This document shows, one piece after another, positions 48,441 to 58,236 of a stretch of DNA of 64,000 bases. The DNA is from Patescibacteria group bacterium. GTDB lineage: Bacteria > Patescibacteriota > UBA1384 > 2-12-FULL-50-11. The stretch spans positions 280,962 through 344,961 of the forward strand of contig BOKZ01000001.1 in the NCBI GenBank assembly GCA_016861245.1, in the 5' to 3' direction. The notes under the pieces were generated by a model, which worked only from the letters and a program-made list of their open reading frames with translations, ran no database searches and was not told the origin of the DNA. Position numbers and translations under genes: made by a program. Within the stretch, counting starts at the first letter, position 1; each line of letters starts with the position of its first letter.

Positions 48441-50141
48441 TTGTTGGAGGAAAAGAAGATGGATACTAACTGGACTCTTGAAACTTTACGAAACTACTTT
48501 GTAGAGTCATTTGCGAGTAAGAATGAGGTCTCAAAAGAAGACTATAAATATGTAATTTATGCTCGCAAGTCAACCGACGACAAAGACAAGCAGTCCTGCT
48601 CCTTATCCGATCAGGTCAAGGAATGTAAGAAGTATGCGGCTAGTGTGGGACTAGTGGTTGTAGGTAAGCCTATAGAGGAAAAGAAATCCGCAAAAAAATC
48701 GGGACAAAGACCAAAGTTTGATGAAATATTAAACATGATCTCTACTGGTAAGATTCACGGCATTATTTCCTGGCACCCAGATCGACTTAGCAGAAATATG
48801 AAAGAAGCCGGAATAATTATTGAAATGCTGGATGAGGGGAAAATAAAAGATCTTCGTTTTGTAACTCAACAGTTTGATAACTCCGCAAGTGGAAAAATGA
48901 TGCTTGCCATCTCCTTCGCAATTAGTAAGCAATATTCAGATAACATGAGTGTAAATATTACTCGTGGGTCTAAGAACCGACTCTATGAAGGTCATGGGAT
49001 GTACCCAGTCCATGGCTACTATAAGGATGGAGATAACTTTTTAAGGCCCGATGGAGCAAATCACGATCTGTTAAGAGAAGCGTTCCAAATGAGATTAGGC
49101 GGTGAAACCCACGCAGCTATTTGCGAGTTCTTGAATACTTCCGGATATCAAAAAGCCAGAGGGATGGGTGTGGTCAAGCACATAACATTCAAATGGACAC
49201 CGGGTAAACTTTCAGAGCAGTTCTCTAATCCCATCTTTGCGGGGCTGCAACTACATGGCAAGGATGTAGTTAATCTTGTTGACCTTTACAACTTTGAACC
49301 CCTAATTACACCGGAGCAGTATGTAATGATTAGTTCGCTAGGAAAGAATCAAGGCTTTCTTAAGAAACACCGGAGCAAGAAAAAAAAGATAGCCCAATTA
49401 CTAAATGGGAAAATTCTTTGCGGATATTGTAAACGGCCGATGCATGCCAGCATGACCACAAAAAAGCCTAAAAATGGCCAAACAGAAAAGTCTCTTTATT
49501 TGTTTTACCGCTGCCCTTACGGCGATTGTCCTTTCTTTGCTGAATGGGAAAAGTTTAAGGCTAAGAAAAGACACCACCTGCATGTCAAGGCCAGAGTGAT
49601 AGTTAACTTTGCCCAAGAACAGCTGACACATTTGAAAGTAAACTCCGAAGAAACCTTCAACAGCCAAATTGCTGGATTGAAAGCCGAAGCCGCAAGCAAT
49701 ATCCAAAAACTCCAAGTCAAGAAGACAAACTTAGAGCGTCAACGTGTCAGCAAGAAGGATCATATTCTTTCGTTGCAAGAAGCGGTAAAGAATATTGATA
49801 CTAAGGTTGTCTCAGAATTCCAATCAGATTTAGATAATGAGATAAAGTCACTTACTCAAATTAAATTCGCAATCGCTGAAGTTGAGGAAGCAATTGAGAT
49901 AAGTCAGACGGCAGTACCTACATACAAGGATTTCCTCGAACTTATAGCTTCCCTACCAGTTAAATTGCAGTATGCAAAAATGCTATTAGCTAAAGATAGA
50001 ATACTAAGTTCTATATTCTCGAACTTTTATGTAACAGATAAGGGCGTGCAAGGGTTTACGCTCGCTGAACCATATGCAAGCCTACTTGTGCCTCAAAATG
50101 TTCGTTCTCGTAGCGGGGGCACGATTCGAACGTGCGCCTAG
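48441..50141 (+). CDS. Large serine recombinase (integrase).
   Basis: Resolvase catalytic domain YARKSTDDKDKQSCSLSDQ with DRLSRN. Recombinase domain, CGYCKRP/RCPYGDCP zinc ribbon and a coiled coil. Ends inside the tRNA-Met. Confidence 0.85.
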   Translation: MLEEKKMDTNWTLETLRNYFVESFASKNEVSKEDYKYVIYARKSTDDKDKQSCSLSDQVKECKKYAASVGLVVVGKPIEEKKSAKKSGQRPKFDEILNMISTGKIHGIISWHPDRLSRNMKEAGIIIEMLDEGKIKDLRFVTQQFDNSASGKMMLAISFAISKQYSDNMSVNITRGSKNRLYEGHGMYPVHGYYKDGDNFLRPDGANHDLLREAFQMRLGGETHAAICEFLNTSGYQKARGMGVVKHITFKWTPGKLSEQFSNPIFAGLQLHGKDVVNLVDLYNFEPLITPEQYVMISSLGKNQGFLKKHRSKKKKIAQLLNGKILCGYCKRPMHASMTTKKPKNGQTEKSLYLFYRCPYGDCPFFAEWEKFKAKKRHHLHVKARVIVNFAQEQLTHLKVNSEETFNSQIAGLKAEAASNIQKLQVKKTNLERQRVSKKDHILSLQEAVKNIDTKVVSEFQSDLDNEIKSLTQIKFAIAEVEEAIEISQTAVPTYKDFLELIASLPVKLQYAKMLLAKDRILSSIFSNFYVTDKGVQGFTLAEPYASLLVPQNVRSRSGGTIRTCA

Positions 50142-50181
50142 TGGTTATGAGCCACTCGAGGTACCATTCCTCCACCCCGCT
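50111..50181 (-). tRNA. tRNA-Met (anticodon CAU), the integration target.
   Basis: Similar to bacterial tRNA-fMet (AGCGGGGTGGAG...CTCATAA...TTCGAAT...CCCCGCTA), but with A1-U72 and only two GC pairs at the base of the anticodon stem, so initiator identity is uncertain. Confidence 0.7.
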
Positions 50182-50344
50182 AATTAGGCATTATAAGGCA
50201 ATCTAGGGCAAAAAACCACCCTCGGTTCGCCGATCGAGGTTCTTACGTTGATTGTCGCTCTCTATCTCGGTACAATCTGGTTATGACAAATCGTAATCAT
50301 CGAGCAGGCATCCAGAATACGCGCATAAGAAAGTTTACAAATAA

Positions 50345-52156
50345 ATGAATACACGTAATCGTTTATGGCGCCAAATTTTCTCGGCTTTAACAATTGTATT
50401 TTTAATCGCCGTTGTTTGGAGTTTATTTAGTTTTCAATCGGTAGAGAAACCTCAAGATGTCCCGATCTCTCAAATAAGTAGCGAAATCGCAGCCGGAACT
50501 GTTGAAAAAGTAGTTGTCGAGGGTAATAAAGTTACCGCTGTCAAAAAAGATAAAACGGAGCTCGTGAGCTATAAAGAGTCTAGCCAGGGCCTAAAAGATT
50601 ACGGAATTACCTCTGAGAAAGTTATTGTTGATATTAAGAACCCGGATTCCGGCGCGGTTTGGTCGACGCTAGCCTCGATCTTTCTACCGTTTCTTTTAGT
50701 TGCGGCGTTACTGTACTTTTTAACTCGCCGCGCTCAAAGCGGCAATATGCAAGCGATGTCGTTTGGTAAAACCACTGCCCGATCGTACATGGGAGAGAAG
50801 CGTGTCACGTTCGCTGATGTGGCGGGGATGAAACACGCCAAACAGGAACTGGTTGAAATAGTTGAGTTTCTAAAAAGTCCGGCCAAGTTTAAAGCGCTCG
50901 GAGCGGAGATCCCAAGAGGCGTACTACTTATCGGCCCAGCTGGCGTTGGAAAGACGCTTTTGGCGAAAGCAGTAGCCGGCGAAGCGAACGTCCCGTTTCT
51001 GTCGTTATCTGCTTCTGAATTCGTCGAGATGTTTGTCGGGGTCGGTGCGTCGCGCGTGCGCGATCTATTTACCAAAGCGAAGCGTCTTGCGCCCACGGTT
51101 ATTTTTATCGACGAACTAGACGCGGTTGGGCGACAGCGCGGTACTGGTTTGGGCGGCTCACACGACGAGCGTGAGCAAACGTTAAACCAAATTCTAGTTG
51201 AGATGGACGGATTTGATACCGACGCTAACGTAATTGTATTGGCGGCAACTAACCGTCCTGACGTTCTTGACCCAGCCCTCTTGCGACCAGGAAGATTCGA
51301 TCGAAAAGTTTCGCTCGATTTGCCGGATCGAGCCGAACGCGCAGCAATTTTAAAAATCCACGCCGCTAACAAACCGCTCGACTCAAAAGTAGATCTAGAA
51401 GAAGTCGCTAAAGGTACACCTGGTTTGTCCGGAGCAGATCTGCGCAATGTTATGAACGAGGCGGCGATACTGGCAGCACGTGACGGTAAAAAGAAAATCG
51501 ATCAGAAAGATTTGCGACACGCAATCGATAAAACGTTACTCGGTCCTGAGCGAACGAGTTACCTAATGACGGAGAGCGAACGCAAAACTGTCGCGTACCA
51601 CGAGGCCGGACATGCAATCCTCGGTCATATTCTTCCCGAGCTCGATGACGTTCACAAAGTTTCGATCGTTTCTAGGGGAATGGCCCTTGGCTATACGCTG
51701 AGTCTGCCTAACGAAGATCGCAAACTAATCCCACAGAAAAAATTTGAGCAGGAGATCGTACAGCTTCTTGGTGGACGGGCAGCCGAACAGATTATCTTTA
51801 ACACCGTAACAACTGGTGCCAGCAATGATCTTGAGCGCGCGACGGCTATTGCACGGAATATGGTAACCGTGTTTGGTATGAGCCGACTCGGACCGATTAA
51901 GGTTGGCGAGCGCGAAGAGATGGTATTTCTTGGTCGGGAGATGGGAATGCATAGGGTTCATTCGGAAAAGTTAGCGGCACTCATCGACGAAGAGATTACG
52001 AAAATTATCACCAACGCCTGGGAAACTGCCTTAAAACTTCTAAGTAAAGAGCTTAAGACTTTAAAAGTTATGGCCGAGGCGTTGCTTAAAGAAGAGACGC
52101 TCGAGGACGCTGAGCTGGCCGCCATCTTTGCTACACTAAAACCAGTACGAGGCTAA
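50345..52156 (+). CDS. ftsH: ATP-dependent zinc metalloprotease FtsH.
   Basis: N-terminal TM pair, AAA Walker A GPAGVGKT, SRH, HEAGH zinc site. Confidence 0.95.
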   Translation: MNTRNRLWRQIFSALTIVFLIAVVWSLFSFQSVEKPQDVPISQISSEIAAGTVEKVVVEGNKVTAVKKDKTELVSYKESSQGLKDYGITSEKVIVDIKNPDSGAVWSTLASIFLPFLLVAALLYFLTRRAQSGNMQAMSFGKTTARSYMGEKRVTFADVAGMKHAKQELVEIVEFLKSPAKFKALGAEIPRGVLLIGPAGVGKTLLAKAVAGEANVPFLSLSASEFVEMFVGVGASRVRDLFTKAKRLAPTVIFIDELDAVGRQRGTGLGGSHDEREQTLNQILVEMDGFDTDANVIVLAATNRPDVLDPALLRPGRFDRKVSLDLPDRAERAAILKIHAANKPLDSKVDLEEVAKGTPGLSGADLRNVMNEAAILAARDGKKKIDQKDLRHAIDKTLLGPERTSYLMTESERKTVAYHEAGHAILGHILPELDDVHKVSIVSRGMALGYTLSLPNEDRKLIPQKKFEQEIVQLLGGRAAEQIIFNTVTTGASNDLERATAIARNMVTVFGMSRLGPIKVGEREEMVFLGREMGMHRVHSEKLAALIDEEITKIITNAWETALKLLSKELKTLKVMAEALLKEETLEDAELAAIFATLKPVRG

Positions 52157-52170
52157 ACCCGAAGGAGGGG

Positions 52171-52704
52171 ATGAAAAATACGGTTTTAGAGAAATTATTC
52201 TGGGTTTCTGGTTGGACATACGATTTCACTAAGATCGCGACGATTTTTCTGATGATCGGGTTATTGAGCCATTATTTTTTCTTTTCGGTACTGATTGTCC
52301 GAGGTAAGAGTATGGAGCCGAACTACGTCGACGGCGATGTAGTTGGTGTTAACAAAATTGCTTACATCGTTTCAACACCGAAGCGCGGCGACGTTATCGC
52401 GATGTTTTTTCCCGGCGAGACTCAAAAACGTTTTATCAAACGGGTGATCGGGCTGCCCGGCGAGACGATTCGAATTGCTGATGGGCTGGTTTACGTAAAC
52501 GGCACGCTCTTAGTTGAAGGCTATCTCAGTCCAGAGCTACTCACGATCCCGAATCTCGAGCGAAAATTAGTCGAGGGAGAATACTTTGTTCTTGGAGATA
52601 ATAGAGTTGCAAGCTCAGACTCGCGTGCCTGGGGGGCGGTCCCAGAGTCGTTTATAATCGGTAAAGCGTTGGTAAATATCGCAAAGCTACCGAGTCGTCC
52701 TTAA
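52171..52704 (+). CDS. lepB: Signal peptidase I.
   Basis: SMEP(N) catalytic Ser box and the GDNR...SxDSR box. Confidence 0.8.
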   Translation: MKNTVLEKLFWVSGWTYDFTKIATIFLMIGLLSHYFFFSVLIVRGKSMEPNYVDGDVVGVNKIAYIVSTPKRGDVIAMFFPGETQKRFIKRVIGLPGETIRIADGLVYVNGTLLVEGYLSPELLTIPNLERKLVEGEYFVLGDNRVASSDSRAWGAVPESFIIGKALVNIAKLPSRP

Positions 52705-54278
52705 GAAACCAACGGTCCTCTGAGGGTCGTGATCGTTTTTGAGATCGAGTCGGTAAGCTCGGTAATGTCTTCAACAAACTGAGTAGTTGAGGACTCTTTG
52801 TACGTAATAAACCAGTCGGGCTTAATAATGGTGGTGCTCGATCGGTCAAATCGCTCGGCCCATTCCTTAGTTTTATTCAGAGCAATTGCGTAAGGGAGAT
52901 ACAACTCGAAGGTGTGGTTACGAGTACTCTCGAGCGGTAACGGTTCCTTCAGCCCTAAAAAGTTACCGAACGATATCCAGTCTCTGCGGGTTGCGATACC
53001 CGCTTCGCTGTATCGAACTAGCTTTGGCGTCAATCGAATAATCAGAAACGAGACTAGCATCGTGCCACCGAGCGGTATGCTTAAATACGGTGACGCACCG
53101 ACTATCGCCACCCAAAGCAGCCCGACGGCGCTGGTAAAGTAAAGCGCTAAACCGAAAAGTTTATACTTAACTCGGGTCAGATGTGGGTTCTCTAAGAAAA
53201 AGTTTTGTTCGGTAATGATTTGGTACACTTGTCCGAACGCGTCTCGAACTTTCGGGCTAAATAGCGAACTATCGGTGATTTCTTGCAGTCCTTCAGTTGC
53301 GAGCTTGCCATGATCTGGGAAAAGCTCTTCAAGGATATTGCGTTCCCAACTTGTTAGATGCTCATCGAACGGCTTGCGCTGGCTTAGGTAATACTGCCCG
53401 GTTCGCTCAACTATAACGATGTAGCCGCGCCGACAAAGTTCTACGAGTAACGCCACGATCACCCGGGGGTGTATCTTCTTTTGTACGAGCACACCAACCA
53501 ACATCGCTGAAAGCTGGCTCGGGGGACGGTCGAGGATCGAAGTAACTGGTACTCGGTCGAGGCGTTGACGTCTGTATAGCAGTAGTAACATCGATAGGCC
53601 AATAATTGGTAGCAGTATTCCAAGCGTCAGCCACGGTAGAACCTCTAGATTTGTTAGATATAGTCGTATCTCTTGAACCTTAGTTAGTGAAAGAACTCGT
53701 TTCGGCCAACTAGCGCTGATTGTAAACAACGATCCCGGAGCGGCGTATTCAGCACTATACACAACCGTATTATTGCTAACTGTCGTTTTAGGATTTGAGA
53801 CCCCGGAAATTGCAAATGCGTTTCCAGTTAGTCCTTCGGTCATATCTTTAGTCGGCAACGAAAAACTGACAGAGACGTTATAGATTGGATCAGGAATCTC
53901 CTGAAAAATTTTTATAAAAATTTGATCGCGATTATTGTTTCTAACTAGCGTTGTGGTCGTTGTATACGTAATTTTCCATTCTCGAGCGAGCTGCTTTGCG
54001 CGGACTACGTGGTGGTTACCAATCTTACCAACCGAGTAGCGAGAGTCGTCGATGTCGCTACCGTCGGCGCTAACAACAAGATTCCTGATATTCGAAAAAA
54101 CCTCCCATTCGAGCTGTATAGGAGTGTTGTACGTTAATTTTTGTGCAATCTGAACCGATCCGTTCTGATTTAAAACTGTTTCGATGTTGAGCTGTTGCAT
54201 CGGCGCGGCGCCACGTGCTTGCCCAGCTAGGCCCAACAGCAGTATCGCAAAGAGCGATATTTGGAAAATTCGGATCAT
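52701..54278 (-). CDS. DUF2207 family membrane protein.
   Basis: Signal peptide, an extracellular beta-rich domain, a TM, a cytoplasmic loop, then two TM helices. Confidence 0.55.
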   Translation of the reverse strand: MIRIFQISLFAILLLGLAGQARGAAPMQQLNIETVLNQNGSVQIAQKLTYNTPIQLEWEVFSNIRNLVVSADGSDIDDSRYSVGKIGNHHVVRAKQLAREWKITYTTTTTLVRNNNRDQIFIKIFQEIPDPIYNVSVSFSLPTKDMTEGLTGNAFAISGVSNPKTTVSNNTVVYSAEYAAPGSLFTISASWPKRVLSLTKVQEIRLYLTNLEVLPWLTLGILLPIIGLSMLLLLYRRQRLDRVPVTSILDRPPSQLSAMLVGVLVQKKIHPRVIVALLVELCRRGYIVIVERTGQYYLSQRKPFDEHLTSWERNILEELFPDHGKLATEGLQEITDSSLFSPKVRDAFGQVYQIITEQNFFLENPHLTRVKYKLFGLALYFTSAVGLLWVAIVGASPYLSIPLGGTMLVSFLIIRLTPKLVRYSEAGIATRRDWISFGNFLGLKEPLPLESTRNHTFELYLPYAIALNKTKEWAERFDRSSTTIIKPDWFITYKESSTTQFVEDITELTDSISKTITTLRGPLVS

Positions 54279-54323
54279 GACCTTATCGTAGCCTAGTTTC
54301 CTCGATTAGAGTACGCTAAACAC

Positions 54324-54572
54324 ATGAAACGATTTGCGGCCGCCTATCTATTTGCAATAGTTGTGGTGACGCTGCTGGCTAATCTTGTGTTTATTCTTTT
54401 GTACGGGCGGCAATTCTTTTACGACGCAGCGATACTTTGTACTGAGAATTGCAGTGGGTCAGTAAACGAGCCGAGTATTCTTCTGCCGCTTCTTGGGATA
54501 AACGCCATCGTTCTCATACTTTTTATATTCGGTTACTTTGTCGCCAGATTACTAATGAAGACGAATAAGTAG
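54324..54572 (+). CDS. Small membrane protein.
   Basis: Two TM helices. Confidence 0.35.
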   Translation: MKRFAAAYLFAIVVVTLLANLVFILLYGRQFFYDAAILCTENCSGSVNEPSILLPLLGINAIVLILFIFGYFVARLLMKTNK

Positions 54573-54620
54573 TTACGAGCATAGACCGTCGTAACTGGTT
54601 CGTGATAGTCTAAAACAAGA

Positions 54621-55172
54621 ATGAAGTATTTCTTCGGCACAATCGTGATCGCTCTGATCGCGTTTGGTTACTACTCGTTTTATTACCAGCCGCTCGCCGC
54701 GTCGTCCCCAACGGCGACTCCGGTTTTAACGCTCTCAGAGATACCTAACGACATCTGCCCGGAGAAAATATGGCTGCTAGTTGCGGCTGTTAACGACCCG
54801 AAGCCCTTAGTTGATCGGTCGGTCCCAGTTAGAGAATGCCGAACAGTACTTCTTAAGAATTATCTTCCAGCGTCGTCGGGTGAGTACGCAGTTTTCATGA
54901 AGTTACCGACGTCGCTCGCTAGCTCAGTAGTCGTGAGCACTCCCCTCACTCGATCTATCACCGTACCTATCCGTCTCGGTGATGTAACTAAGGACAACGT
55001 AATCGACGCAGCTGACGAGAAGTTGGTTACTGATGCGCTGTACTCAATCGGCGGCGTAGCCGACATCACAGGGGACGGTAAAGTTTCGGTTGATGATGTT
55101 GTGACTGTGCGCATAAATAAAGGGGTTGGCGCCGATCGACCGGACAGTAAGCCCTGGGGGAAGATCGAGTAA
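54621..55172 (+). CDS. Secreted protein with a C-terminal dockerin-like repeat.
   Basis: Signal/TM; the DVTKDNVIDAADEKLV and DITGDGKVSVDDVV Ca-binding-type repeats are dockerin-like. Confidence 0.45.
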   Translation: MKYFFGTIVIALIAFGYYSFYYQPLAASSPTATPVLTLSEIPNDICPEKIWLLVAAVNDPKPLVDRSVPVRECRTVLLKNYLPASSGEYAVFMKLPTSLASSVVVSTPLTRSITVPIRLGDVTKDNVIDAADEKLVTDALYSIGGVADITGDGKVSVDDVVTVRINKGVGADRPDSKPWGKIE

Positions 55173-56488
55173 TGAAACGAGCGCTGTCGAGTCGAGCGGT
55201 GTTTATTATTTTAAGTTTTATTACTGCAGTACTGCTCTTTGGATCGATGGTGTTACAAAACGTTTATTTTAAAGCCGACCAAGTTGATTCGTCACTCTTT
55301 ATCTCGCCGACGACGTTCTCGCGCAAACCTAACTCCAACGTCACTCTACAAGTTAAAGCCAATATTCAGGGCGCGGCAGTTATCGCTGGGGCACAGTTTT
55401 ACTTGGAGTACGATCAGTCGTTATTGGAGTTTTCTGAAACAACAACAACACCCCCATTTACTAGTTTGCAAAGCGTGGCTGACGAAGGGGTGGTGGCTTG
55501 GACGCTTCTTCCGTCTACGGAATTCGGCACGACGGTTCAGTTGAGCGGCGAGGTAACGTTTGGTTCGGTAGCGTTCAAAACAATAGCCGAGGGCCAAGCG
55601 ACAGTTCGTTTCCGTCAGAGCGACAGCAGTATTACGGCGATTGATTCGAGTCGTTCGCCGGCGCTTTATAACGCAATTGTTTCAATCCAGGACAGTAGCG
55701 GAATTATCTCTGAGCGAAACGGGGAGGCGGCGAAGCCAACCGAAACGTTAACGAAGTCTGCCGAAGTTCTCCCGACTTTCTCGGCGCAAAAGGTGCTGCG
55801 TAACGAGCCGGTTGTTTCCGATGTCGCTGCGAAGTTGCTTGTTTCGCTAAAGTACGTTGGTGGGATAAGCGTTCGCTTTGGCACGACTAGCGACTTACCA
55901 CTGACGATTGAAGCAAGCGAGCTATCGCAGCATCATCTAATCGACTTCTCAGCCCTCGAACCAGAGACGCGATATTATTACCAGCTCATAGTCTACTCCG
56001 AAGACAAAAAAACCTCTCTAAAAACACAAACGAAGAGTTTTGTCACATCTAGCGCTGGCGGTCGGATTGCTGATCAGAAGCTGACGAGCGTAGCAGTGTT
56101 GCCGGAAGTCGCTACTAAGACCGCTAAAGTTGTAATCGCCGCCCGTGACGATCAAGGGAAGGTAAGTAGCGAGCAGTTAACTGTTGTGCCAGTTTCGGGA
56201 AGCGCACAAGTTATAGAGCAGCGAGCACTTAACGGAATAACGGTCGCCACCGTTTCTTCTACTATCACAACCAATCAAAGCGTTGACTTATCTGTTCGTG
56301 CTGGCGAGCGGGAGGTTGCACAGGCGAAACTTACGTTCGATCCTTCGATCGCCGACCACACCGAGCCGATGTATAAGTTCCCAGGTCCGATTCAGATCAC
56401 GCCGAATAACGCGGCTCTACTGTTTTTGGTGGCAGCGGGGATGATTTTATTCGGCATGCTGTTTATCCGTCTGGCAAGAAGTAAATAA
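55172..56488 (+). CDS. Cell-surface protein with an N-terminal cohesin-like beta-sandwich and a C-terminal TM anchor.
   Basis: The QFYLEYDQSLLEF segment resembles the cohesin core. C-terminal TM LFLVAAGMILFGMLFI. Confidence 0.4.
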   Translation: MKRALSSRAVFIILSFITAVLLFGSMVLQNVYFKADQVDSSLFISPTTFSRKPNSNVTLQVKANIQGAAVIAGAQFYLEYDQSLLEFSETTTTPPFTSLQSVADEGVVAWTLLPSTEFGTTVQLSGEVTFGSVAFKTIAEGQATVRFRQSDSSITAIDSSRSPALYNAIVSIQDSSGIISERNGEAAKPTETLTKSAEVLPTFSAQKVLRNEPVVSDVAAKLLVSLKYVGGISVRFGTTSDLPLTIEASELSQHHLIDFSALEPETRYYYQLIVYSEDKKTSLKTQTKSFVTSSAGGRIADQKLTSVAVLPEVATKTAKVVIAARDDQGKVSSEQLTVVPVSGSAQVIEQRALNGITVATVSSTITTNQSVDLSVRAGEREVAQAKLTFDPSIADHTEPMYKFPGPIQITPNNAALLFLVAAGMILFGMLFIRLARSK

Positions 56489-58098
56489 TGTCGCCGATTC
56501 GCCGCATCACCAACTTATTCTATCAGTCGCACAACTTGAAGCAGGCGGTTGGTATCTTGTTTGTGACGGTACTAATTAGCAACGTCTTGGGGCTTATCCG
56601 TAATATTATTATCGCCAATCGGGTTGGCGTAACCTACGGTTCGATCGGTCCGCTCGACAATTACTACGCCGCCTTTGTTTTACCCGATTTTCTTTACAGC
56701 ATTTTAATCGTCGGTGCGCTCAGCTCGGCGATCCTCCCGCTACTGGTAAAAATCGATACCGAGGAAAACGATCAGAAATTTTGGCAGACGTTTAATACTC
56801 TACTCTCAACTGGTTTCACGGCAATTATTTTTGGGCTAGCCGCACTGTATTTTATGCTCCCTTGGTTGATGCCGCGATTATTCCCAGGTTTCTCAGATGT
56901 CGATATTCGGCAGACAACCGAATTAGCGCAGGCGATGCTACTAAGCCCGCTATTCTTTACTGTTTCCCAGCTCTCAACCTCGGCACTGCAGGCAAAGAAA
57001 ATGTTTTTTGCGCCGGCGTTAGCGCCGATCGTTTACAACGTCTCAATTATTACGGGCGCCCTGCTTATCCCCAGATTCGGCTTACCGGTCCTCGTTTTCG
57101 GAGTAATCTTAGGGGCAGCGGCGCATTTTCTCGTTCAGCTTCCAAGTTTACTGCGACTGGGTTGGCGTTTTAGTTTTGAGATTAGTTTTGGCAGCGGTTT
57201 AGTTCGTCAGGTGTTTAAACTAATGATCCCGAGAACAATCGCTCTCACTAGTACCCAATTGCTACTCATCGCTTTCTACCGCATCGCCTCAGATTTTTCG
57301 GCGGGTTCAATCGCTATTTATCGCCTGACCGACGATCTGCAAACTGCACCGGTGTTGCTACTCGCCAATACGTTAGCGATGGCGATTTTACCGGACTTTA
57401 CGCGCAAATTTGCTAAGGATCAAAAGGAAGAGTACCAACAGCTTGTCGGCAAGGCTCTTCGTCTACTCCTGTTTATTTTTCTACCGGCGACGATATATCT
57501 TTTGCTGTTTAGAACACAAATTATCGGTTTATATATCTCGATCGGTCACAGTATCGACCCAGCTGAAACAATAATGGCGATCAAGACCTTTTCGTATTTC
57601 GTGATTTCAATATTCTTTCAAGGCGCCGTACTACTTTTGGCGCGAGCGTACTTTGCGCGCTCAGACACAATGCGCCCCACAGTCTACAGTATCTGCTCGA
57701 TTGCGGTGGCGCTTCTTTTTGCGTGGTGGAGCGCTCGCGCAACTTCACTCGGTGTGGCTGGGCTCGCACTCGCCTTTTCGATCGGCTCAATTATTAACGC
57801 ATTACTACTGTGGTCGACTATTGGGGTACCGCTTCGAAGTTTTTTGTACGATATAGATGGTAAAAAGAATGTATTGTTAGTGTTAGCCGGTGGGCTAATG
57901 ACGACAGCAGTATTTGCTGTTGCTTACGTCGCTTCGCCGACGGTTAGCGCGCTTTTCACTAATAGCCCGTCCGCGCAGAACTTAATTGAACTATTATTTG
58001 GATTAGCGGTAGGACTACTGTTTTACTTTGTCTGGAGTAAAGTGTTTAATCTAGAGCAATGGCAGATGATCCGCAACAGACGTTCTACTCAGACGTAG
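56488..58098 (+). CDS. murJ: Lipid II flippase MurJ (MviN family).
   Basis: About 14 TM helices with MATE-like topology; a conserved Arg-rich central cavity. Confidence 0.8.
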   Translation: MSPIRRITNLFYQSHNLKQAVGILFVTVLISNVLGLIRNIIIANRVGVTYGSIGPLDNYYAAFVLPDFLYSILIVGALSSAILPLLVKIDTEENDQKFWQTFNTLLSTGFTAIIFGLAALYFMLPWLMPRLFPGFSDVDIRQTTELAQAMLLSPLFFTVSQLSTSALQAKKMFFAPALAPIVYNVSIITGALLIPRFGLPVLVFGVILGAAAHFLVQLPSLLRLGWRFSFEISFGSGLVRQVFKLMIPRTIALTSTQLLLIAFYRIASDFSAGSIAIYRLTDDLQTAPVLLLANTLAMAILPDFTRKFAKDQKEEYQQLVGKALRLLLFIFLPATIYLLLFRTQIIGLYISIGHSIDPAETIMAIKTFSYFVISIFFQGAVLLLARAYFARSDTMRPTVYSICSIAVALLFAWWSARATSLGVAGLALAFSIGSIINALLLWSTIGVPLRSFLYDIDGKKNVLLVLAGGLMTTAVFAVAYVASPTVSALFTNSPSAQNLIELLFGLAVGLLFYFVWSKVFNLEQWQMIRNRRSTQT

Positions 58099-58236
58099 AT
58101 AAATCGCGCCATGGTAGTGGCTGCGTATCGGTACTTATTTCGATTGTCATACTGGCGGCGTTAGTTGCTGGCGCCATCTATTTCTTAAAGCGCTTCGTCT
58201 AGAGTATCAGCCTCAGATCAGGTAAAATTAACAGGT

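Larger units (their letters stand above)
45437..50181. mobile_element. About 4.7 kb integrated element at tRNA-Met carrying a large serine recombinase, a TerS-like gene and a trypsin-like protease.
   Basis: Bounded by 17-nt direct repeats of the tRNA 3' end. The recombinase gene's 3' end overlaps the tRNA. Cargo is phage/satellite-type (terminase small subunit). Confidence 0.65.

Noticed and set aside
50111-50181. Calling this tRNA the initiator tRNA-fMet.
   Set aside because: The acceptor end is similar to the E. coli fMet tRNA. But it has an A1-U72 pair and only two GC pairs at the base of the anticodon stem, so initiator identity is not supported by sequence alone.
50734-51447. 237-aa antisense ORF inside ftsH.
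   Set aside because: Shadow ORF within a highly conserved gene.
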